This document shows positions 24,539 through 35,777 of a stretch of DNA of 64,000 nucleotides, in pieces (position 1 is the first letter of the stretch; every line of letters starts with the position of its first letter). Source of the stretch: a virus. The stretch lies in IMG/VR virus record IMGVR_UViG_3300029554_000001. One strand, given 5' to 3'. A program made the translations under genes and the position numbers. The notes beneath the pieces are model-generated. The model did not search any database. It saw only the letters and a program-made list of their open reading frames with translations, and had not been told where the DNA came from.

Positions 24539-25735
24539 ATGATAGATAAAGATGAACTGTTGAAGTTGGTAACAGAAAATGTGGTTATTAACATCATGGA
24601 AGAAAATGGTTCTCCTTTATATTCAACTTCTACAGATGGAAGAACACAACAAAAATGTCTTTGGTTTAAAACAATTTGTCATGGTGGAGATAGTCATAAA
24701 CTATGTTTCTTTACTGAAAGCAAAGATTTTTTTTGTTATACAAATTGTGGACGAATGAATTTTTTTGAGTTTATTAAAAGAATTCGTAATGCTAAAGAAG
24801 GAGAATTTTATAGCAAGGTAATTGTTTATATTGCTAAAAAAGTTGGTAAATCATTATCTCGAAGTCGTATTGGTTTTGGAAACGATATTTCACCAGAGTT
24901 GCGTGGACAATTATCTGAAATGGTAAAACAATCAGAAGATATTGAAAGAAGACAACAATTTTATGAAGCTAAAATTACGAAGTTTTATGATGACTATAAA
25001 TGTCTTTTTAATTATTTTGATTGTAATACTTTTTATAAAGGTTGGATTGATGAAGGAATTAGTATTTCTTCTATGGAAAAATTTGGTATTGAATGGTATG
25101 AATATCAAAAATATATAATTATTCCTCATTATAATATAGATGGTCATTTAGTTGGTATTAGACGAAGAAGTTTACAACCAGAAGATTCTAAAAGAAAATA
25201 TATGCCTTTGTTTATGACTGGTAAAGAATTTGACCATCCTCTTGGATTGAATTTATATGGTCTTTACGAGAATAAAGAAAATATAAAAAGATTTAAGAAA
25301 GCGGTTATAGTTGAGGGTGAGAAAAGTGTTTTAAAAGCAGACACTTATTTTAATGGTAAAAGTTGCGTAGTGGCAACTTGTGGCTTTAATGTTTCAGATT
25401 GGCAAATTAGGGCTTTAGAAAAACTTAGAGTAAATACAGTTTATTTAGGTTTTGATAAAGACTTTGATGATAAATATGAAGAAGTATATAAAGCTGACAA
25501 ATTGTTATATGATAACTATTTAAGGTATAATGAACGATTAAGGACTTTAGCTCAGAGACTTGCTTTAAGCTTTAATGTCTTTCTTATTAAGGACACCAAA
25601 GGATTGTTAGATATCAAAGATTCACCTCTTGATAAAGGAAAAGATGTTTACAATCAATTAATAAAATTAGCAAAACCTGTTTATTCTTACGGGGAAAGGC
25701 AAAGTTCTACGAGTATATTTTTAAGAGGTAATTAA
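24539..25735 (+). CDS. DnaG-like primase (zinc finger plus TOPRIM)
   Basis: Zn-binding CHGGDSHKLCF...CYTNCG and TOPRIM signature VIVEGEKSVLK...LGFDKD. RBS AGAGG then ATG 24539. No TAG. Confidence 0.75.
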   Translation: MIDKDELLKLVTENVVINIMEENGSPLYSTSTDGRTQQKCLWFKTICHGGDSHKLCFFTESKDFFCYTNCGRMNFFEFIKRIRNAKEGEFYSKVIVYIAKKVGKSLSRSRIGFGNDISPELRGQLSEMVKQSEDIERRQQFYEAKITKFYDDYKCLFNYFDCNTFYKGWIDEGISISSMEKFGIEWYEYQKYIIIPHYNIDGHLVGIRRRSLQPEDSKRKYMPLFMTGKEFDHPLGLNLYGLYENKENIKRFKKAVIVEGEKSVLKADTYFNGKSCVVATCGFNVSDWQIRALEKLRVNTVYLGFDKDFDDKYEEVYKADKLLYDNYLRYNERLRTLAQRLALSFNVFLIKDTKGLLDIKDSPLDKGKDVYNQLIKLAKPVYSYGERQSSTSIFLRGN

Positions 25736-27774
25736 TGGAAAAATTACTATGGGAGACAAAGTTTTAGAATAACTTTGATGATGAATATGATTTTCTTGAA
25801 ACTATTTTAAAAAGCTATGATATTTAGGATGTAAAGAGTTTTCTTCATCCTGTAAAAAACAAGGTCGTTAATGACCCCTTCCAAATGAAAAACATGGATA
25901 AAGCTGTATAGATTTTTCATGATAATATTAATACTGATAAGAAAATTGCAATTAAAGTGGACCCAGATACGGATGGCTTGACAAGTAGTGTTTTAATGAG
26001 TAAAATTATTAAATATTTTAATCCAGAGGCAAAGATAGAATATATTTTTAGTTTTAATAAAGAGCACGGACTAACCTATAAAGCATTAAGCGAATATTCA
26101 AAAGATGAAATCGGTTTAATTATTATTCCAGATGCTTCAATGATTTGCAAAGATGCAATTCAAATTATTAAAAATTACAATTGTCCTATCATTGTATTAG
26201 ACCACCACTTAGTTGAAATTGAATATTTAGACACTAATACAGGTAAATGGATTTCAAAAAATGAAGCAGACGAGATTAAAGAAAAAGAGTCTGACAGAAT
26301 TAAAGAGGATAGTTATGTTAATTATTGTGTAGCTGTAAATGATACTGATGGACACTATCCCAATCCTACTTTATCTGGTGTTGGTGTAGTTCGCAAATTT
26401 GGCGAAGCTTATTGTGAAAAGTATCACTGTAGTGATAGTTGGCTTGATGAATATCTTGATTTAGTTTCTCTTGGTATTATTGCAGATAGTATGGATTTAA
26501 GAGATTTAGAAACAAGATGGTATGTACTTGAGGGTTTAAAGGTTGAAAATCAAAAGAATGATTTTCTTAATGAACTTCAAGAAAGAATGGCTGATGAAAT
26601 TCATTTTGGTAGAACTATTACAAATGTCGGTTGGGTACTTGCTCCAAGAATTAATGGTGTAGTACGTTATGGTACAGAAAAAGAGCAAAGAGATTTATTT
26701 AGAGCTATGGTTGGGGAACAAGAAACTGTTATTTATCAACCGAGAAGAAAAAAAGCTACCGACCCGAAACCTCTTCCAGAAGAACACACACTTCAGTGGG
26801 AGATGGCGAGAGTAGCTAACAATGTAAAGTCTCGTCAAGATACAGCCGTTCGTAAATTTATGGAGCAAATTGTTGATAAAATTGACAAACAGGGACTAGA
26901 TAAAAATACTATTTTATTTGTCGATTGTACCGACATAGTTGATAAAAAATCTGTTACTGGATTAGTAGCTAATAAGATTGCTTCGAAATATTTGCGTCCA
27001 GTGGTGCTTCTTAAGGAAAGGAGTGCCTCAGAATTCGGTGGCTCCTGTCGCGGATATGATAAAGGAAATATTAAAAACTTGAAGGAGTTTTTAGAGCAAA
27101 CTGGACTTATAAGTTGTGCTGGACATGAAAATGCTGCTGGTGTATTTCTTAAAAAGAAAAATGTTGATGAAGTAATTGAAAAGTGTAACGAAATGCTTCC
27201 TCTTGACCAACTTAAAACTATTTATCCAGTTGATTGGGAAATTCCCGCTAATGAAATGCAAATAAGATTTGTAAAAGAAGTAGCTGAAAATTATGAAGTG
27301 TGGGGTAATACTGTTCCTACTCCTACTTTTGCAATTACAAATCTTCATATAAATGCCAGTCAAATTAATGGCTATGGCGAAACTAAGAGTTTTATTAGAT
27401 TTCAGCATAACGGTATTACTTATATTAAAAAGTATTGTCCTGCTACAGAATTTGATATGATGACTCTTAAGGATAGACATACCTTTGGCGTTAACAAAAA
27501 GAATTTGGTAATGAATTTAATTTGCCAATTCCAGTTAGAGTCTTGGGAAGATAAGATTTATCCAGAAGTTAAAATTTTATATTATGATGTTATGGAGGAT
27601 AAAACAAATGAGACTTCTGATTTAAAAAGTAAGACCAAATCTGACGCTATTCTTAATTCTAAAACGACTTCCTTAAATGCAAAATCTACTACAGATTTTG
27701 ATTGGGGTGAAATTGAAAAGCCTAAGAAGAAAAGAGTAATGTTAGATAAAGATTTAGAAGATTTGGATTTTTAA
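25735..27774 (+). CDS. RecJ-like DHH-family single-strand exonuclease
   Basis: ATG overlaps the primase TAA (TAATG). Three TAG within the first 74 codons join it to ORF-track 25957..27774. DHH motifs IAIKVDPDTDG and IIVLDHH. Confidence 0.75.
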
Positions 27775-27776
27775 GG

Positions 27777-27805
27777 TTGACAAATTAAAAGTAACATGAT
27801 ATAAT
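27777..27805 (+). promoter_or_regulatory. sigma70/sigmaA-type promoter (perfect consensus)
   Basis: TTGACA (27777-27782), 17 nt, TATAAT (27800-27805). Confidence 0.7.
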
Positions 27806-27816
27806 GAGATAAGAAA

Positions 27817-27842
27817 CCTTGATGGATTAATTTCCATCAAGG
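27817..27842 (+). promoter_or_regulatory. 10-bp leader hairpin upstream of the polymerase gene
   Basis: CCTTGATGGA (27817-27826) / TCCATCAAGG (27833-27842), 6-nt loop, no U-tract. Confidence 0.5.
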
Positions 27843-27883
27843 GCTATCTCATATAAAACAAATAAAAAGAAAGCGGGTGTGTT

Positions 27884-29506
27884 ATGGTTTTTTATAAGCC
27901 TGTTACAAATGAATAGGCATCAAAAATAGCAAAAGAATTAAAATTCTTTTCTACGCATAACCATACAGAAGTAAGCAATTTCAGATTGCGAGATTGCATA
28001 ATAAAAATACCCGACCTTATTAATCGTTCTATTGAATTAGGATATAATGGAGTGTGTTGTACAGACCACGAAGCTTTATCTGCTCATGTGCGATTTATTA
28101 GGCGTTACAAAGAAATTAAAGAAAATAAAGAAAAATATGACAAATTAAAAGTAGACAAAACAGAAGAAGAAATAGAATTAGAACTAAATAAAGATGAAAA
28201 TAAATCAATTAAAAAGAATTTAAAATATTATAAGAATTTTGATGGATTTAAAATTGGTTTAGGAAATGAAATTTATTTAGTAGATAGACCTATCGAAGAT
28301 GAAAAAATTAGCAAGTTTTTTCACTTTATTTTAATTGCAAAAGATAAAAAGGGTTATGAACAAATAAAAAGAATTTCTTCTGATAGCGCTTGGAAAAATT
28401 GGTATCGTTCTGGAATAATGGAAAGAGTTCCGACTTATAAAGATGAACTTGAGTCTATTATTGGGGATGAAAAAGGTCATATTATAGCACAATCTGCGTG
28501 TTTAGGTTCAGAATTGGATAATTTAATTCTTGAATATTTAAATACGAACGATAAAAGTATTAAACAAAAAATTGACGCTTTTATTAAATGGTGTATAAAA
28601 ATATTCGGAAAAGAAAATTTTTATTTGGAAATTCAACCTTGTGTAATTAAACAAGACAAAGATGGAAACAATTTACCACATGAACAAGCAATGGTAAATC
28701 AATTTATGTTTGTTTTAAGTAAAGCTTATGGATTGAAAGTCATTTGTAGTACTGATAGCCATTATTTAACAAAAAATGATGCAAAAATTCATGAGGCATA
28801 TTTAAAAGCAGATGACAATGAAAAATCTCGTAACAGAGAAGTGGCTAGTTTTTATGAAACGACTTATATGTTTTCTATAAGTGAACTAGTAGAAACGCTG
28901 TCATATCATTTAACAATTGACCAAATTAAAGAAGCTTTAATAAATACTCAACGTATTTATGATAGTATTGAAGTCTTTGATTTATATCACTCCACTATTG
29001 TTCCTACTGATAAAAAGATTCCTCCATTTAAGGTAAAGCATATTTTTAAAGATTGGTATGATAAATATGAATATTTAAAAAAGTATGCCGAATCTGAGGA
29101 TAAACAAGACCAGTATTTGCTTTATTTGGTAGAACAAGGGTTTGAAAAGAAAAAACAATGGGGAGATTCCTCTTATCATTTTGCCACTTATGATGAAAAT
29201 GGTAAAATTATAGAAGAACATGATAAAATAGTAACTCAAGAAGAAAAAATTGCTCGTATTAATGAAGAGTTTAGTAGCTTTTGGCAAATTTCTGAGCGTT
29301 TAAATCAAAAATTATCTGCATATTATGTACTTGTTAGAGGATTGGTACATGAAGTTATGTGGAAAGTTTCTTTTGTTGGTGTTGCGCGTGGTTCAGCAGG
29401 GGGTAGTTATATTTGCTATCTTTCTGAAATTACTCAAATTAATCCTCTAAAATATGACTTGCCTTTCTGGAGACATAGTTCTCCTTTAAGACCAGAGTTG
29501 CCAGAT
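27884..29506 (+). CDS. DNA polymerase III alpha-type replicase, exon 1 (PHP domain and start of palm)
   Basis: ATG 27884, TAG at codon 11. PHP motifs HNHTEVSNF and CTDHEAL. GSAGGSYICYLSEITQINPL. Ends ...WRHSSPLRPELPD, the first half of the conserved ...PE..MPDIDIDF motif. Confidence 0.8.
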
Positions 29507-30209
29507 TAAATTATTCTAACATTTATTTAAATATTTTAATGAAAGGGGGAATTATGAGCGTAGAAATAATAAAAGAAAAAGGAAAATATATTTTTAATCA
29601 AGAAGCTATTGATTGTGTTGTTAAAAAGTATCAAGAACATAAAGGGTCTGTTACAATATAGAAAGAATTAAAAACAGAGTATAATATAGATGTTAGTATT
29701 CATGGTATTTATTTAATTTTACATAATAGAGTAGAAATTAGAGATGACCGTGAATAGGCTTTAAAATATACTTGCGATGATAATTTCTTTAAAGAAATAG
29801 ATACAGAAGAAAAAGCTTATTGGTTATAAATAGGTTTTAAGATTAGTAACTTTACTTTATAAAGACGCTACTATTTATTTGGATAGAAAATATGAAAAAT
29901 ATTTAAAAATGTTAGAAATTAGTCGAGAACAGCAGTAATGTTGTTTGTTAAGTCCTGTAAACCTAAATTGCAATAGGGTGTGCAGAAATGTGCTAACGGT
30001 GAAAGCCTACAGTTAAAATAACCATGGTAATACCGTGCCAAGCTTATATGTAAATATATGAAGGTGTAACGACTAGCCCAAAGGGGCGTAGGGTGGAGAA
30101 GCTGCCACTCGAAAGACGGATACCCTAATAGTTCGGCTAAGGGTAAAAAGATAGTCTACTCCGACTCTGAATAGAGTGTTAAAGTATTAGGAAACTAACG
30201 GTAGTAAGG
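29507..30209 (+). mobile_element. group I intron in the DNA polymerase gene, with a decayed LAGLIDADG-type ORF
   Basis: The exon ends in U (29506) and the intron ends in G (30209). Joining gives ...RPELPD|IDVDSEALKRPLIFQNMHDYYG..., completing the Pol III alpha motif. R-like GTAACGACTAGCC (30066-30078) and S-like AAGATAGTCTAC (30148-30159) give GACTA/TAGTC as P7. A GC-richer core with several GAAA loops spans 29940-30209. Confidence 0.7.
29554..29829 (+). pseudogene. truncated LAGLIDADG-type homing endonuclease remnant
   Basis: 91 codons with 2 TAG, ending ...NFFKEIDTEEKAYWL then TAA, exactly where the LAGLIDADG helix (AYWLGF..ADG) should begin. A C-terminal-like piece (LYKDATIYLDRKYEKYLKMLEISREQQ) follows in another frame at ~29868-29938. 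Confidence 0.5.
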
Positions 30210-32798
30210 ATTGATGTAGATAGTGAGGCTTTAAAACGACCACTTATTTTCCAAAATATGCATGATTATTATGGAGATGAGAATGTTTTAAATACTCTTA
30301 CTTTAAAAACAGAGGGAACAAAATCTACAATTTTAGTGTGTGCTAAAGGGTTTGGAATAAATAATGATGATGCACAACATTTGGCAGATTTGGTTCCTTT
30401 TGAAAGAGGTTCAAACTGGTCATTAAAAGATTGTTTTTACGGGAATGAAGAAAATGGTAGAATGCCTGTAAAAGAATTTATTAATGAAGTAAATAAGTAC
30501 GAAGGGTTGAAAGATACTCTTTTTAAGATTGAAGGACTTATTTGTGGTAGGTCTATTCATGCTTCGGCATCTTATATTTTTGATGCTGGATATATTGTTC
30601 AAAATAGCAAAATGAGAGCGCCGAATGGTACAACTATCACTGCCTATAATATGGAAGATTCAGATTATATGGGTGGTTTGAAGATAGACACTTTGACTAT
30701 TGAAATGCTAGATAAGTTACATACAGCAATAGATTTGCTAATTGAAGCAAAAATAATTGAAGATAAAGGAAGTTATAAAGCTAATTATGATACTTATCTT
30801 CATCCTGATGTGCTTGATTATAATGATTATAAAATGTGGAATTTGTTAGACAAAAACCAAATTTTAGATGCATTTCAATTTGATAGTGCAATGGGACAAC
30901 AAGTTATTACAAAAACTCAACCTCGTTCTATGTTAGAACTTTCTACAGCTAATAGCTTAATGAGACTTATGGCGCAAGAAGGTGCAACAGAAGCCCCTAT
31001 GGATACTTATCGTCGTTATAAAAATAATATTCAATTATGGTATAACGAAATGAAAGAAAATAAATTATCCAACCATGAGCAAGAAATTATGAAGAAACAT
31101 TTAGGTAAACTTTATGGGGTTGCTGATACTCAGGAAAGTATTATGGAAATGAGTATGGACCCTGAAATAAGCGGGTTTGATGTAGTTCTTGCGAATAAGC
31201 TTAGAAAATCGGTGGCCAAAAAAAAGAAAGATTTGATTGCTGCTGTTCATGAAAAATTTTACAAAAAGGGCGCAGAATTAGGCACTTCAAAAGAACTGCT
31301 TAATTATGTTTGGGATGTACAAATTAAAAGACAGCTCGGATATTCTTTTTCAAAAAACCATTGTATGCCCTATACAGCCATTTGTCTTCAGTGTATGAAC
31401 ATTGTACAAAAATATGGGGCGTTATATTGGAATTGCGCTTGTTTAATTGTTAATAGTGGAAGTACAGATGAAGAAAATGTTGATAACAATAGTGGCGTTA
31501 ACTACGGTAGAATTGCTAAAGCTATGGGCAATATGATTAATGCTGGCATTAAAATTTCTTTACCTGATATTAATCGTGCTCGTTTTGGTTTTTACCCTGA
31601 CAAAGACAGCAATGAAATTATTTATGGCTTAAGACCTATTCAGGGATTAGGAGGGAAAATAGCTAAAGCAATCGTAGATAACAGACCTTATGCCTCAGTT
31701 GAAGATTTTTATTCTAAAATGCAAGAATTTAAAGAGTCTGCAAAAGAGAATAAGTTTGGCGATACGGCTATGATTTCTCTTATCAAAGCGCGGTGTTTTG
31801 ATAATCTTGAGAAAAAAGATAGAAGAGCAATTATGGAAGGCTTTATTAGGATTATTTCAAGTCCTGTTAAGTCTCTTAGTATGCCAAATATAGAAGATTT
31901 GGCAAATCTTGATTTATTAACTGAAAATCAAAAAAAGTTTGAATTAAGATTATATAGATTTAGAAACTATGTTTTCCAGAAAAAATTCTTTTATAAACAA
32001 ATAGGTAAAAGTGCAAGTACAGCTTATTATATCCTTGAAAATAAATTTGCATGGCCATTCTTTGAAAAATATTTCCTTAATGACATGATTGATAAAAAAG
32101 ATTACGACTGGAGCGATGAGGGACAAAGAGTTGTTAAAAGAGGTAGTTTAGACCGAGTTTTTAATAAACTCATGGCAGATTTTAAAGATGATGTCTTAAG
32201 TGACCCTAAAATGCTTGCGGCTGTAAATGAAGCAAAATTTAAGATGGTATGGGATGAAAAAGCGACGGGGAATCTGTCTAAATGGGAAATGGATTCTATG
32301 TGTTATTATTATCATTCTCATGAGTTGTCAAAAGTAAATAAAGAAAAATATAATATAATTAATTTTGAGGATTTGCCTCCTGATGGACCAGTTGTTCAAA
32401 CTTACCTGTATAGAGGACAAGAAAAGAGTCGTTTTGCATTAAGTAGGATTTGTGGAACTGTATTGGATAAAAATAAAAATAAGAATACTGTTGATTTATT
32501 AACTCCAACAGGGGTAGTAACTTTAAAATTTTATAAAGGTGCTTTTAATTTTTACGATAGGCAATTGTCGAAAGATAATGAAGATGGAACAAAGACCGTA
32601 ATTGAAAAGTCTTGGTTTTCCAGAGGTAATAAGTTATTGATTACTGGTTATAGACGTGATACACAATTTGTTCCTCGTAAATATTCTGACAGTTTATATA
32701 AACATTCTGTTCAATTAATTAAAAGTATTGATGATAATGGCGAGTTAGTTTTAACATCGGATAGAGCGGATAAAGAAAGGGAGGAAAATGAGTTCTGA
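30210..32798 (+). CDS. DNA polymerase III alpha-type replicase, exon 2
   Basis: Starts IDVDSEALKRP... in the frame of ORF-track 30258..32798. Long Pol III alpha-like body. No TAG. TGA stop overlapping the next gene. Confidence 0.8.
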   Translation: MDVDSEALKRPLIFQNMHDYYGDENVLNTLTLKTEGTKSTILVCAKGFGINNDDAQHLADLVPFERGSNWSLKDCFYGNEENGRMPVKEFINEVNKYEGLKDTLFKIEGLICGRSIHASASYIFDAGYIVQNSKMRAPNGTTITAYNMEDSDYMGGLKIDTLTIEMLDKLHTAIDLLIEAKIIEDKGSYKANYDTYLHPDVLDYNDYKMWNLLDKNQILDAFQFDSAMGQQVITKTQPRSMLELSTANSLMRLMAQEGATEAPMDTYRRYKNNIQLWYNEMKENKLSNHEQEIMKKHLGKLYGVADTQESIMEMSMDPEISGFDVVLANKLRKSVAKKKKDLIAAVHEKFYKKGAELGTSKELLNYVWDVQIKRQLGYSFSKNHCMPYTAICLQCMNIVQKYGALYWNCACLIVNSGSTDEENVDNNSGVNYGRIAKAMGNMINAGIKISLPDINRARFGFYPDKDSNEIIYGLRPIQGLGGKIAKAIVDNRPYASVEDFYSKMQEFKESAKENKFGDTAMISLIKARCFDNLEKKDRRAIMEGFIRIISSPVKSLSMPNIEDLANLDLLTENQKKFELRLYRFRNYVFQKKFFYKQIGKSASTAYYILENKFAWPFFEKYFLNDMIDKKDYDWSDEGQRVVKRGSLDRVFNKLMADFKDDVLSDPKMLAAVNEAKFKMVWDEKATGNLSKWEMDSMCYYYHSHELSKVNKEKYNIINFEDLPPDGPVVQTYLYRGQEKSRFALSRICGTVLDKNKNKNTVDLLTPTGVVTLKFYKGAFNFYDRQLSKDNEDGTKTVIEKSWFSRGNKLLITGYRRDTQFVPRKYSDSLYKHSVQLIKSIDDNGELVLTSDRADKEREENEF

Positions 32799-35253
32799 AT
32801 TCGTTGAAGAAAAATTCATAAAGATAAAAGCGTCTCATTCTAAGACCCTTTATCCGAGTGCTGGAATTGGGTCAGACGGTAAAAATTGGGGAATAGTTTC
32901 TTGGAATATTCTTGAGGTAGAACAAGGGACTCCTACCATGAGTGTTTATGGTGAAGTTACTTTTACGGGAGAATACACAGATGGAATTGACCCCAATTCT
33001 GCCTATGTGTTATTAGGCAAAGAGGTTGAGCATCCCAAATATGGTGTTCAATATCAATTAATTTATTATAATAAAGATATTGATTTTTCTAACCAGAAGA
33101 ATCAAAGAGCTTTTTTAAGAACTTTTTTATCAGAAGGTCAAATGGATGAGTTGTTTGCTGTATGCGATGACCCATTACAAGCTATTGCAGACCATGATAT
33201 AGAAACTTTAAAGAAAGCTAAAGGTATTGGAGATTATATTTCTAATTGTATTATTGAGCGTTTCGAAGCCAGTAAAGATATGTCTACTGTATATTTAGAG
33301 CTTGATAAGGTTGGTTTTTCTCCAAACTTTATTTCTAAACTAATTGAAAAATATAAAGCTCCACAAAAGGTAATTGATATTGTAAAAAACAATCCTTATC
33401 AGTTAGTAAAAGATATTAAAGGAGTAGGATTTTTTACTGCGGATAAAGTGGCTTTAAGGTCAGGTTATAAAACTTATGACACAAAGAGAATTAAATCTTA
33501 TATCTTATGGTATCTTGATGCCCAAGGAGAAGAAGGCCATTCTTGGGTGTCCGCTGGTGAATTAATGGGCTCGTTATATGAAGACCTTGGCGGAAAACAA
33601 AGTTTAATAGTAGAAGATGAAGATGGTAATCTTGTAAACAATGTTGGTAAAGCTATTAAAGAACTTCAAGATGAGGAGTTAATTCGTGTTGAAGAGGGCG
33701 ATACTAAATCAGGTCGAAGAGTTTATTTAATGAGCTTTTGGAATCTTGAAAAAGATATTGCTTATCATCTTAAAAGATTACTTCAAGGTAATAATTATTT
33801 TGTTGCTAATGATTTTGAAGAGAAAATAAAAAGAGCAGAAGAGAAACAAGGTTTTCAGTTTACTCAAGAGCAAATAGACGGAATTAAGCTGGGAATTGAA
33901 AAACAAGTTTGCGTAATTTCTGGTTTAGCTGGTTCTGGTAAAAGTTCGTTAGTTACAGGTATTTTATCTGTACTTGATGAATATACTTTTGCTCAATGTG
34001 CTTTAAGTGGTAAAGCGGCGGCAAGATTACAAGAAGTTACTGGCAAAGAAGGTTTTACTATTCACCGACTTCTTGGATATACTGGTGGTTGTGGTTTTTC
34101 TTATGGAGAAGATAATCCATTACCTTATGATATCATTATTTTAGATGAAGTTAGTATGGTGGGTGGAGAAATTTTTCTCGATTTAATTAGAGCAATTCCC
34201 ACAGGCAGTAAACTTTTAATGCTTGGTGATATGGGACAGCTTGAATCTATTGGTTCTCTTAATTTAGCTGCGGATATGATTAATAGCAAAGAAATTCCTA
34301 CTGTTGAACTTAAAGAAGTACATAGACAAGCAAAGGCTTCTGGTATTTTAACTACCGCTTATAATGTAAGAAATGGTATTCAATTATATCAAGATACTGA
34401 TTATGAAGGTGTTGAAATTCGCGGAGAACTGAAAGATATGGTACTTGATATTAGAAATGAAAAAGATGATGATAGAAAAGATACCATTGCTTATTTTGAA
34501 AAATATTTTAATAGCCCTCTTGTAAATGGTGACATTGAAAAAATTCAAATTATTTCTCCTGTGAAAGAACGTGGAGATGCTTGTGTTCACAATTTAAATC
34601 TTGATATTCAAAAATTAATTAATCCTGTTGATTTGAATGAATCTCGTCCAAGAATTTACGTTCAAAAGATGAAAGATGCTTCTGGAAATGACAGGTCTTT
34701 TTGGATTCAAGAAGGTGATAAAGTAATGTGTATTAAAAACAATTATAAAGTTTTTGATACAAGTGGAGCACAAACAGCTATGTATAATGGGTGGACTGGT
34801 GTAGTTACAAGTATTGATTATGAAAATGCCATCGTTGATTTCGATTTAGGAGATGCACCTATTATTTTAAAACACAAAGAAGTTAAGGAACATTTAATTC
34901 TAGGATATGCTTGTACTACTCATAAATATCAAGGTTCTGGTTGCCCTGTAATTATTGGAATAATAGATTATAGTACTCCTCCAATGATGCTTTGTCAGCA
35001 ACAGATTTACACTTTATTAACCAGAGCTAAGAAATTGTGTGTACTTGTAGCTCAAACTAAAGCCTTACGACGTTCTATTGATACAAATTTTGTTTCAACA
35101 AAAAGAACATTCCTACCTGAATTTTTGAAGTAGGAATACAGATAGCTTAGAGAATAGTATAATGTGCTTCATAGAAAAGAAGATGAAGAGCGTAGAACTT
35201 TAATTAGGCAACTAAAAGATTGGAAAGAAAAAGATGAAGTACAAGAGGAATAA
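32788..35253 (+). CDS. RecD/RecD2-like SF1 helicase with TAG-dependent C-terminal extension
   Basis: RBS AGGGAGG then ATG. Walker A GLAGSGKSS. Motifs IILDEVSMV, LGDMGQLESIG and TTHKYQGSGCPVII. The ORF-track end at 35133 is TAG; reading through 3 TAG gives 40 more codons to TAA 35251-35253. Confidence 0.75.
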
Positions 35254-35267
35254 TTTTTATTATCCTC

Positions 35268-35296
35268 TTGACAACTTCATTTGATTATGTTATTAT
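35268..35296 (+). promoter_or_regulatory. sigma70/sigmaA-type promoter
   Basis: TTGACA (35268-35273), 17 nt, TATTAT (35291-35296). Its -35 box overlaps the 3' arm of an imperfect hairpin (35243-35269). Confidence 0.5.
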
Positions 35297-35319
35297 ATGA
35301 ATGATTCAAAGGAGTAACT

Positions 35320-35766
35320 ATGAATCGAGAAGAACGTAGAGCGGTTGTAAAGAAGCTCACTAAAAAAGGTTTAACAAAAGAAAGCGCTATTACTTTTGTT
35401 AAAAGAATGGACAGTATTACCACCAATCCCATTACTGCATGGGAGGGTGAAAAAGTAACTTTAGATTATAATCGAATTATTACCTATCCAGATTGGAAAC
35501 AAATGAGAGAAGATTATAGAAATTGGGTTACTGAACACAAAAATGATATTTTTACAGTTGAGTTTGACTCTTTGAAAAAAGAAAGACAAACTGCTGATTA
35601 TAATAGCCTTGTTCAATTTGTAGAAGATGAAACTAAACCAAAATGGCTGTTTTGGGCAGGAGATTTAATTCCTGTTGAGGGACAAACAAGACCTGATACT
35701 GATAAAGAAAAGTTAGTAAAAGAATTCAACGAGAAGATTGATAGTATTCTATCTAAGATGGAATAA
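35320..35766 (+). CDS. hypothetical protein
   Basis: RBS AAAGGAG then ATG. 148 aa, no TAG, TAA stop. Confidence 0.65.
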   Translation: MNREERRAVVKKLTKKGLTKESAITFVKRMDSITTNPITAWEGEKVTLDYNRIITYPDWKQMREDYRNWVTEHKNDIFTVEFDSLKKERQTADYNSLVQFVEDETKPKWLFWAGDLIPVEGQTRPDTDKEKLVKEFNEKIDSILSKME

Positions 35767-35777
35767 GGAGGACAAAA

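Noticed and set aside
22712-32798. Inteins in DnaB-like helicase or polymerase as an explanation for their interruptions.
   Set aside because: The helicase is continuous once TAG is read as sense. The polymerase gap contains stop codons in the exon frame, an RNA core with group I R/S elements and U / terminal-G borders, not an in-frame Hint domain.
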